Shown: positions 57,200-64,000 of the stretch, one piece after another | Layout: every line of letters starts with the position of its first letter | Numbering within the stretch: position 1 is the first letter of the stretch | From: an uncultured Alistipes sp. | Lineage (GTDB): Bacteria > Bacteroidota > Bacteroidia > Bacteroidales > UBA932 | Length of the DNA stretch: 64,000 nt | Direction of reading: 5' to 3' | Assembly: GCA_963931615.1 (NCBI GenBank) | Contig: OZ007032.1 | Span: forward strand, 458,612 to 522,611 | Notes under the pieces: model-generated | Told to the model about the DNA's origin: nothing | The model's input: the letters and a program-made list of their open reading frames with translations, nothing else | Database searches by the model: none | Made by a program: the position numbers and the translations under genes

Positions 57200-58510
57200 C
57201 TATTTTTGGCGCATGAAGATGCGGATGGGACAGCCGGTGAAGTCGAAGTGCGAGCGCAGCTTGTTCTCCAAGTAGCGCTTGTACGGTGCTCCGATGTACT
57301 GCGGTAGATTGCAGAAGAACGCAAATGAGGGACAGGGCGTAGGCAGCTGTGTGACGTACTTGATCTTGATGAACTTGCCCTTGGTCGAGGGGGGAGGATA
57401 GTTCTCGATCTCCTCGAGCATGACCTCGTTGAGGGTGGAGGTGGGTATCTTCCGGGAGTAGCTGGACCATACCTTGGCGGCAGCGTCCAGCACGTCGAGG
57501 ATTCTCTGTTTCTTGATTACCGACGTGAATATGACCGGGATGTCGCTGAAGGGGGCGAGCCGCTTGCGGATGGACTCGGCGTATTCCTTCATGGTGTTGT
57601 TGGTCTTGTTCTCTATGAGGTCCCACTTGTTGACGGCCACTACGCAGCCCTTGCTGTTCTTGAGGATGAGGTTGAAGATGGCCATGTCCTGGGCCTCGAC
57701 TCCGTACTGGGCGTCGATCATCAGGATGCAGACGTCCGAGTGCTCGATGGCGCGGATAGCCCTCATCACGGAGTAGAACTCCAGGTCCTCGCTGACCTTG
57801 GTCTTTTTGCGGAGGCCGGCGGTGTCGACGAGGATGAATTCGTGTCCGAACTTGTTGTAGTACGACTCCACTGCATCGCGGGTGGTGCCGGCCACGGGGG
57901 TGACGATGTTGCGCTCCTCCCCGAGGAAGGCGTTGGTGATGGATGACTTGCCGGCGTTGGGCCGTCCTACGATGGCGATGCGGGGAACTCCGGCGTGCGG
58001 GTCTTCCACTGCCTTGTCGGCCGGGAGCATGGAGACGAGCTTGTCGAGCATGTCTCCGGTGCCGCTGCCGTTGGCCGAGGAGATGTCCCAGGGATCACCC
58101 AGTCCCAGGGAGTAGAACTGGTATGAGTCGAAGCGTTTCTCGGCGTTGTCCACCTTGTTGACCACCAGCAGGACGGGTTTGGCGCTGCGGCGCAGGATGT
58201 CGGCTATTTCCTCGTCGAAGTCGGTGATGCCGGTGCCTACCTCCACCAGGAAGAGGATCACGTCGGCCTCCTCGATGGCGATCATCACCTGTTTGCGGAT
58301 CTCTTCCTCGAAGACGTCCTCCGAGTTGGAGGTGTATCCGCCGGTATCCACTACCGAGAAGGTGGTGCCGCACCACTCGCACTGACCGTAATGGCGGTCG
58401 CGAGTGACTCCGGCCGTCTCGTCGACGATGGCCTGGCGCATGCCTACAAGGCGGTTGAAAAGGGTCGATTTACCTACGTTGGGTCGTCCTACTATGGCTA
58501 CTAAACTCAT
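57200..58510 (-). CDS. der: Ribosome-associated GTPase Der (EngA)
   Basis: Two tandem G domains, with GRPNVGKST and GRPNAGKSS, plus a KH-like C-terminus; 436 aa. Confidence 0.95.
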   Translation of the reverse strand: MSLVAIVGRPNVGKSTLFNRLVGMRQAIVDETAGVTRDRHYGQCEWCGTTFSVVDTGGYTSNSEDVFEEEIRKQVMIAIEEADVILFLVEVGTGITDFDEEIADILRRSAKPVLLVVNKVDNAEKRFDSYQFYSLGLGDPWDISSANGSGTGDMLDKLVSMLPADKAVEDPHAGVPRIAIVGRPNAGKSSITNAFLGEERNIVTPVAGTTRDAVESYYNKFGHEFILVDTAGLRKKTKVSEDLEFYSVMRAIRAIEHSDVCILMIDAQYGVEAQDMAIFNLILKNSKGCVVAVNKWDLIENKTNNTMKEYAESIRKRLAPFSDIPVIFTSVIKKQRILDVLDAAAKVWSSYSRKIPTSTLNEVMLEEIENYPPPSTKGKFIKIKYVTQLPTPCPSFAFFCNLPQYIGAPYKRYLENKLRSHFDFTGCPIRIFMRQK

Positions 58511-58537
58511 ATTCTCTTAATCTCTGCTCTCTGTCTG

Positions 58538-58807
58538 TTACTGTTGTTTCTGCTGTTGTCCGCAGCTGCCCAGAGCGTTGAGGCCGCAGTCTGCGCAGGA
58601 TGCTCCGTCGCAGGAGGCTGCGGAGCCGCGCTTCGGTCCCCAGAGCTTCATCTCCTCCTCCTTGGCGCAGACGATGCCCCGCTTGCGGAGCTCCTTGCTG
58701 TGCCCTATCTCGCTGTCAGGAAATGGTTTGTTCCGGAAGATGATGTTGAAGCACATGATTAGGACCGCGAGGCCTACGAAGATGATTGCTGCGATTAGAA
58801 TTTCCAT
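58538..58807 (-). CDS. Small single-pass membrane protein with a Cys-rich C-terminus
   Basis: 89 aa. N-terminal TM MEILIAAIIFVGLAVLIMCFNIIF. C-terminal SCDGASCADCGLNALGSCG (C-x5-C-x2-C-x8-C). No family assigned. Confidence 0.5.
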   Translation of the reverse strand: MEILIAAIIFVGLAVLIMCFNIIFRNKPFPDSEIGHSKELRKRGIVCAKEEEMKLWGPKRGSAASCDGASCADCGLNALGSCGQQQKQQ

Positions 58808-58818
58808 TGTTCCTTAAA

Positions 58819-59670
58819 TTATTGTTCTGCCGGCTCCACCCATTTGCTCCTGTCCAGGAGGGGGGCGGTGCTGACCTTGATCATGGGAGCCAGCTGGTGA
58901 ACCTTGAATGCCGCGGCTTTTCTGAGCCGGATGATTTTCTCCACAAGCTCCTTGTCCACACCTTCCTGCAAAATCTGTTCCGCGCTGCAGCCGCCCTCGT
59001 TGAGGCGGTAGAGTATCGGATCCAGGACATCGTAGGGCGGGAGGGAGTCGGTGTCCTTCTGGCCCTCCTTGAGCTCGGCCGAGGGGGCCTTGGTGATGGT
59101 CGAGGAGGGGATGACCTCGCCGTCGCGGTTGATCCAGGCGGCCATCTCGTAGACCTCGGTCTTGTAGAGGTCGGCGATGACCATCAGGGCGCCGCAGAGG
59201 TCACCGTAGAGAGTGCCGTAGCCCATCGAGAGCTCGCTCTTGTTGGTGGTGTTCAGGAGCAGGGCCCTGTGCCGGTTGGAGTAGAGCATCAGGATGGTGC
59301 CGCGGATGCGGGCCTGGAGATTCTCCTGGGTGGTGTCCCAGTGGAAGTCCCCCTCGAAGAGAGGCTCGGCCTCCTTCATGAACCGGTCGTAGACGGCGCT
59401 GATGGGGACGATGTGGTATTTGATTCCGAGATTGTCGGCCAGGGTCACCGCGTCATTGACGGAGTGGACGGTGGACCAGGAGGAGGGCATGAGGATGCCG
59501 GTGACATTGTCCTTGCCCAGGGCCTCTGTCGCCAGAGCCGCCACTACCGCCGAGTCCAGGCCCCCGGAGAGACCCAGCACGGCCCGGGACATCCCCGCCT
59601 GAGCGAAGAAGTCCCGGATGGTGCGGATGATGCGGCTGTGTACGTCCCCGATGTTAGAACCCGAATGCAT
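58819..59670 (-). CDS. nadE: NAD+ synthetase, short form without a glutaminase (CN-hydrolase) domain
   Basis: PP-loop motif LGLSGGLDSAV; 283 aa. The prs gene lies immediately upstream, so there is no room for an N-terminal nitrilase domain. Confidence 0.85.
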   Translation of the reverse strand: MHSGSNIGDVHSRIIRTIRDFFAQAGMSRAVLGLSGGLDSAVVAALATEALGKDNVTGILMPSSWSTVHSVNDAVTLADNLGIKYHIVPISAVYDRFMKEAEPLFEGDFHWDTTQENLQARIRGTILMLYSNRHRALLLNTTNKSELSMGYGTLYGDLCGALMVIADLYKTEVYEMAAWINRDGEVIPSSTITKAPSAELKEGQKDTDSLPPYDVLDPILYRLNEGGCSAEQILQEGVDKELVEKIIRLRKAAAFKVHQLAPMIKVSTAPLLDRSKWVEPAEQ

Positions 59671-60616
59671 CGCTGATGGACTTGTAGTTGTAGATGCGGT
59701 CGATGACCTCGGCGAACATGTCGGCTACGGAGAGGACGGTGAATTTCGACAGGTCGGTGCCGGCCGGGGCTCTCAGGGGGATGGTGTCGGTTACGACCAC
59801 TTCCTGAAGGGCGGACTTGTTGATGCGCTCGTAGGCCTGGCCGGAGAATACGGGATGGGTGGCCATGGCCCTGACGCTGAGGGCACCTTTCTCCATGAGC
59901 ATGTCGGCGGCCTTGGTGATGGTGCCGGCGGTGTCGATCATGTCGTCGATGATGACGATGTTGCGGCCCTCGACGTCACCGATGGCTGTCATGGAACCTA
60001 CGACGTTGGGCCTTTCACGCGACTTGTGGCAGATGATCATGGGGCAGCCCAGCACGCGGGAGTAGGCGTTGGCTCTCTTGGCGCCTCCCATGTCGGGAGC
60101 TGCTATCGAGAGGTTGTCCAGCTGCATGTCGCGCAGGTAGGGCAGGAAAATGGTGCTGGCGTATATGTGGTCTACCGGGAAATCGAAGAAACCCTGGATC
60201 TGGTCGGCGTGCAGGTCGGTGGTGATGACCCTGTCGCAGCCGGCGGCTACCAGGAGGTTGGCCACCAGCTTGGCTCCGATGGATACTCTGGGACGGTCCT
60301 TGCGGTCCTGACGGGCCCATCCGAAGTAGGGGATGACGGCTATGACCTTGTAGGCCGATGCGCGGCGGGCGGCGTCAATCATGAGCAGGAGCTCGAAAAG
60401 GTTGTCCAGGGGAGGGAAGGTGGACTGTACGATGAAGGTGGTGGTTCCGCGGACGGATTCGTTGAAGGCGGGCTGGAACTCGCCGTCGCTGAAGTCTGTT
60501 ACGATGGATGCGCCGAGGTCGAGTCCGAGGGACTTGGCTATCTTCTCGGCCAGATAACGGGATCCTCTGCAGGAGAAGATCTTGATACCGTGTGTGTGGG
60601 TTGTGGTGTGATTCAT
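59654..60616 (-). CDS. prs: Ribose-phosphate pyrophosphokinase
   Basis: ITTDLHADQIQGFF and the PRPP-binding loop VIIDDMIDTAGT. Confidence 0.95.
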   Translation of the reverse strand: MNHTTTHTHGIKIFSCRGSRYLAEKIAKSLGLDLGASIVTDFSDGEFQPAFNESVRGTTTFIVQSTFPPLDNLFELLLMIDAARRASAYKVIAVIPYFGWARQDRKDRPRVSIGAKLVANLLVAAGCDRVITTDLHADQIQGFFDFPVDHIYASTIFLPYLRDMQLDNLSIAAPDMGGAKRANAYSRVLGCPMIICHKSRERPNVVGSMTAIGDVEGRNIVIIDDMIDTAGTITKAADMLMEKGALSVRAMATHPVFSGQAYERINKSALQEVVVTDTIPLRAPAGTDLSKFTVLSVADMFAEVIDRIYNYKSISDAFGF

Positions 60617-60628
60617 ATGGTCAGTATT

Positions 60629-61249
60629 TTATCGTTTGTCTTCGGTTGTTTCTGCCGCTGCTCCCTTCAGGTCGGCGTCTATCACGTCCAGGATGGCCTC
60701 CTTGCCGATGCGTTTCTCGGATGAGGCGGGGATGACGGTCACGTCAGGCTGTATGGTGCCGATAGTGCGGATCATGTAGTCCAGACTGCGGTCCAGGGCC
60801 GATTTCGAGAGCTTGTCGCACTTGGTCAGGATGACGGTGAAGGGGATGCCGGCTCCTGCCACCGCGGTGATGAAGCTGCGGTCTATCTCCTGCAGCTCGT
60901 GCCTGGAGTCCAGCAGGATGAAGAGCCGTGCGAGCTCCTCCGAGTGGCTGACGTAGTCCTCTATCATGGCTTTCAGGGTGGCCTGCGCCTTTTTCGAGGC
61001 CTTTGCGAAGCCGTAGCCGGGCAGGTCCACCAGGTACCACTTCCCGTTGATGAGAAAATGGTTGACCAGTATCGTCTTGCCGGGCATGGACGAGGTCTTG
61101 GCCAGGTCCTTGCGGCCGCACAGCATGTTGATAAGCGAGGACTTGCCCACGTTGGAGCGTCCTATGAAGGCGTACTCGGGCGCCCTCAGCTTCGGTTTCT
61201 GAGTCACGCTGGTGCTGCTTCCCTGGAATATGGCCGTCTTGATTATCAT
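60629..61249 (-). CDS. engB: Ribosome biogenesis GTP-binding protein YihA/EngB
   Basis: FIGRSNVGKSSLIN (G1), DLPGYG (G3) and TKCDK (G4). Confidence 0.92.
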   Translation of the reverse strand: MIIKTAIFQGSSTSVTQKPKLRAPEYAFIGRSNVGKSSLINMLCGRKDLAKTSSMPGKTILVNHFLINGKWYLVDLPGYGFAKASKKAQATLKAMIEDYVSHSEELARLFILLDSRHELQEIDRSFITAVAGAGIPFTVILTKCDKLSKSALDRSLDYMIRTIGTIQPDVTVIPASSEKRIGKEAILDVIDADLKGAAAETTEDKR

Positions 61250-61305
61250 ACCTTATTTAAAACGGCAAAAGTAGCAAATTTTCCATACCGTTCGCGGATT
61301 TGTGC

Positions 61306-61313
61306 TAAATTTG
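61306..61313 (+). promoter_or_regulatory. Putative -7 box (TAAATTTG) for xseA
   Basis: Exact TAnnTTTG match 15 nt upstream of the ATG at 61329. Confidence 0.3.
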
Positions 61314-61328
61314 TTCTGCGTATGTAAA

Positions 61329-62669
61329 ATGATAAATCGTCAGAATATGCAGGAATACATCACATTGACCCGGCTGCTGCAGGGAATACGTGGGGCTGTG
61401 GCGGACAATTTCCCCGTTCCGGTATGGGTGCGGGCGGAAATCCATGAGCTGAAAATGCACAATAACGGGCACTGCTACCTGGAACTGGTGGAGAAGGGCT
61501 CCGGACGGGATATGTTCAGCGCAAAGGTCCAGGCGGTCATCTGGAGGTCGAGGCGGTCTCTGGTCGAGGCGGCCTTCTATCAGGGGACGGGCCGCCGGCT
61601 GGAAGTCGGAATGACGGTGCTGGTGCAGGTGAGGGTGCAGTATTCGGAGGTCTACGGGATGAGCCTGAGCATCGAGGATATCGACCCGGCTTTCACGCTC
61701 GGGGAGGTGGAACTGGCCCGGCAGCGGACCCTGGAGAGGCTGCGCAAGGAGGGTATGCTGGACATGAACAGTACCCTGCCGCGGCCCCGGCTGCCCAGGC
61801 GCTTCGCCCTGATCACTTCTGAGACGGCGGCGGGCTACGGGGATTTCATGCACCATCTCTACGACAACGGTTACGGCTTCAAGTTCTATACCCGTCTGTA
61901 TCAGGCTCCGATGCAGGGGCCGACAGCACCGGGGGGCATCATTTCCGCCTTAGATGCGATAATGGCCGATGTGGAGGCCGGGGAGGTCTACGACGCGGTG
62001 CTGCTGCTGCGCGGAGGCGGGGCTGTGGCCGACTTAGTCTGCTTCGACGACTACGATTTAGCCGTGAATATCGCCCAGTTCCCGCTGCCGGTGATGGTGG
62101 CCGTGGGACACGAGCGCGACACGCATATCTGCGACATGGTGGCCGCCCGCTCGGTCAAGACACCTACCGCCCTCGCTGACTTGATAGTGAATGCCTTCGT
62201 GGAGGAGGACGCCTCTCTGACCGCTTTGAGTGACCGGCTGCGCTCCTCGGTTACGCTCAGGCTCGACGGCATGCGTCAGCGGCTCGAGCAGACTGCCCGC
62301 CGCCTGGGTTCAGGCACCGAGATGCGCTGCCGCCTTGAGCGCAACCGGGTGGACATGCTCCTGATGCGTATGCGTAAGGGTGTGACTCTCCGTTCCGGCA
62401 ATGAACAGAACGCCCTTAACATCCTGTGGATGCGGGTTAAGAGCGGTACCGCCCTGCGTCTGAAAGCCGAGTCCGGCAAGCTCGACATGCTCGAGCTCCG
62501 TGTCCGCAAGGGAGACCCCGTGGCCATGCTCCGTCCCGGCAGCGCCTACGTCCTCCGCGACCGCCGCCCCGTCGAGTCCGCAGCCGACCTCACCCCCGGC
62601 GACCGTCTCGACCTTCTCCTGCGCGACGGCTCCGCCCGTTGCCTTGTCGAATCCGTGAATCAGGGGTAG
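61329..62669 (+). CDS. xseA: Exodeoxyribonuclease VII large subunit
   Basis: OB-fold N-terminus (VWVRAEIHELKMHNNGHCYLELVE) and the catalytic region ITSETAAGYGDF...RGGG...VGHERD. Alternative starts are GTG 61302 and ATG 61347. Confidence 0.9.
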   Translation: MINRQNMQEYITLTRLLQGIRGAVADNFPVPVWVRAEIHELKMHNNGHCYLELVEKGSGRDMFSAKVQAVIWRSRRSLVEAAFYQGTGRRLEVGMTVLVQVRVQYSEVYGMSLSIEDIDPAFTLGEVELARQRTLERLRKEGMLDMNSTLPRPRLPRRFALITSETAAGYGDFMHHLYDNGYGFKFYTRLYQAPMQGPTAPGGIISALDAIMADVEAGEVYDAVLLLRGGGAVADLVCFDDYDLAVNIAQFPLPVMVAVGHERDTHICDMVAARSVKTPTALADLIVNAFVEEDASLTALSDRLRSSVTLRLDGMRQRLEQTARRLGSGTEMRCRLERNRVDMLLMRMRKGVTLRSGNEQNALNILWMRVKSGTALRLKAESGKLDMLELRVRKGDPVAMLRPGSAYVLRDRRPVESAADLTPGDRLDLLLRDGSARCLVESVNQG

Positions 62670-62720
62670 GGGCTTGCGCGGTATCGTATTTTTTTGTAAA
62701 TTGCAACGATGTTTTAAATT

Positions 62721-62930
62721 ATGCAGAATATGGCTGAAATGGAAAAAATGAAATATGAGGAGGCGCTCGGGCGTCTGGAGAAGATAGTGGCTCAGATCGA
62801 GGACCCGCAGACGGCGGTGGGGGATATCCCCGCGAAGGTGAAGGAGGCGGCGGAGCTGCTGACTTACTGCCGGAAGATGCTGAAAGAGAGCGAGGAAAGC
62901 ATCGGGAAAATACTCGATGATGAACAATAG
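62721..62930 (+). CDS. xseB: Exodeoxyribonuclease VII small subunit
   Basis: 69 aa helical protein containing KYEEALGRLEKIVAQIE, directly downstream of xseA. Confidence 0.85.
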   Translation: MQNMAEMEKMKYEEALGRLEKIVAQIEDPQTAVGDIPAKVKEAAELLTYCRKMLKESEESIGKILDDEQ

Positions 62931-62957
62931 TCAGGTGAAACATTAAAAATAACAGCT

Positions 62958-64000
62958 ATGATATTCGACAAGGATCCATATCTGATGCCCTACCGGGACC
63001 AGATTGAAAAACGCTACAGGGAACTGGTAATCAGAAAACAGGAGCTGGCCGGATATGGCCGCATGCTCTCTGATGCAGTGAACAACCACCTGTACTACGG
63101 AGTGCACGCCGACAAGAAGGAAGTGGTCTTCAGGGAGTGGGCTCCGAACGCCACGGCGATATACCTCATCGGGGATTTCAACGGCTGGCGGAAGGATGAG
63201 AGATACCGGCTGAACTCCGTCGGCGGCGGCAACTGGGAACTCCGTCTGCCGGCTGCGGAGGTGCCTCACGGCTCTCTGTTCAAATGGCTGGTGGAGTGGA
63301 ACGGCGGCAGCGGCGAGAGGCTTCCGGCCTATGCGACCCGCTGCGTCCAGGATCCGGAGACGAAGATTTTCTCCGCCCAGGTATGGCTTCCTCCTAAGAA
63401 ATACCGCTGGCGGCATACCCGCTTTGTCCCGCACAACCGCTGCCCCCTCATCTACGAGGCCCATATCGGCATGAGCTCCGAGGAGGAGAAGGTCGCCTCG
63501 TTCGACGAGTTCCGTCAGAACGTGCTGCCGCGCATCCGCGACCTCGGGTACAATACCCTGCAGATCATGGCCCTCCAGGAGCATCCCTACTACGGCTCCT
63601 TCGGCTATCAGGTCTCCAACTTCTTCGCCCTGAGCTCCCGCTTCGGCACTCCGGAGGAGTTCAAGGCCCTGGTGGACGAGGCGCACGGGATGGGCATCGC
63701 GGTGGTCATGGATCTGGTGCACTCGCACGCGGTGGACAATGAGGTGGAGGGCATCGGCATGCTCGACGGCACCGAATACCTCTACTGTCACGCAGGGGCA
63801 AGGGGGCGGCACCCGGCCTGGGGCTCGCGGTGCTTCAACTACGGCAAGCCCTCGACGGTCCATTTCCTGCTCTCGAACATCAAGTTCTGGATGGAGGAGT
63901 ACCGTATAGACGGTTTCCGCTTCGACGGGGTGACCAGCATGATATATCTGGACCACGGCCTTGGCAAGGACTTTACGGACTATTCCTGCTATTTCGACGG
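62958..64000 (+). CDS. 1,4-alpha-glucan branching enzyme (GH13, eukaryote-like subfamily); partial, runs off the window
   Basis: Absent from the ORF track because it is open at the edge. I translated by hand from the ATG at 62958: MIFDKDPYLMPYRDQIEKRY...FREWAPNATAIYLIGDFNGW...YEAHIGMSS...DLVHSHA...GFRFDGVTSM. These include GH13 conserved regions I and II. Confidence 0.85.
   Translation, partial: MIFDKDPYLMPYRDQIEKRYRELVIRKQELAGYGRMLSDAVNNHLYYGVHADKKEVVFREWAPNATAIYLIGDFNGWRKDERYRLNSVGGGNWELRLPAAEVPHGSLFKWLVEWNGGSGERLPAYATRCVQDPETKIFSAQVWLPPKKYRWRHTRFVPHNRCPLIYEAHIGMSSEEEKVASFDEFRQNVLPRIRDLGYNTLQIMALQEHPYYGSFGYQVSNFFALSSRFGTPEEFKALVDEAHGMGIAVVMDLVHSHAVDNEVEGIGMLDGTEYLYCHAGARGRHPAWGSRCFNYGKPSTVHFLLSNIKFWMEEYRIDGFRFDGVTSMIYLDHGLGKDFTDYSCYFD

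Noticed and set aside
58819-59670. Short NadE as a possibly truncated pseudogene of the glutamine-dependent enzyme.
   Set aside because: The ORF is intact and has the PP-loop SGGLDS. Its length fits ammonia-dependent NadE. There is no remnant of a CN-hydrolase domain upstream, because prs occupies that DNA.
1-64000. CRISPR arrays, cas genes, transposases/IS elements, prophage genes, restriction-modification or toxin-antitoxin pairs.
   Set aside because: No regularly spaced direct repeats and no ORF with recognisable motifs of these families. Apart from the items listed as findings, the window is syntenic-looking core DNA.

Overview
This 64-kb window looks like a Bacteroidota chromosome. That call is an inference from three things: no Shine-Dalgarno sequences, TAnnTTTG -7 boxes, and the Bacteroidales-type dcw gene order. 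The DNA is fairly GC-rich. By eye the core genes are about 58-62% GC and a few pockets are lower, but this was not computed.

Most of the window is densely packed housekeeping DNA:
- A complete division/cell-wall cluster on the minus strand: mraZ-rsmH-ftsL-ftsI-murE-mraY-murD-ftsW-murG-murC-ftsQ-ftsA-ftsZ (26.8-41.8 kb).
- An RND efflux operon (MFP-RND-TolC, 5.1-10.8 kb).
- An exbB-exbD-exbD cluster and tRNA-Ser(GGA).
- Translation and nucleotide genes: asnS, udk, efp, cmk, ispH, prs, nadE, der, engB, truB, queA, rlmH.
- dnaX, lptB, xseAB, dprA, tatD, ansA, galE, rpiB, and a partial GH13 branching enzyme at the right edge.

I saw no CRISPR array, transposase, integrase, rRNA or recognisable defence system.

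Five parts are not ordinary core:
1. A tight four-gene envelope operon at the left edge (1-5.1 kb). It is built around an exported 897-aa protein with WG repeats and a caspase (C14) domain. Its partners are a DUF4384-like protein, a small outer-membrane beta-barrel and a BACON/LRR-like lipoprotein.
2. An atypically long (388 aa) ECF-like sigma factor, translationally coupled to an HxxxCxxC anti-sigma factor (21.8-23.4 kb).
3. A sigma54-type activator that lacks a DNA-binding domain. It converges on a 1198-aa NtrY-like kinase, and the two genes share a CTAG stop-stop overlap (51.1-55.9 kb).
4. A 20-bp tandem repeat carrying GTGG motifs in the mraZ promoter.
5. A 337-bp repeat-rich convergent intergenic region (56.86-57.2 kb).

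All protein calls rest on motif recognition in the supplied translations. No database search was possible.
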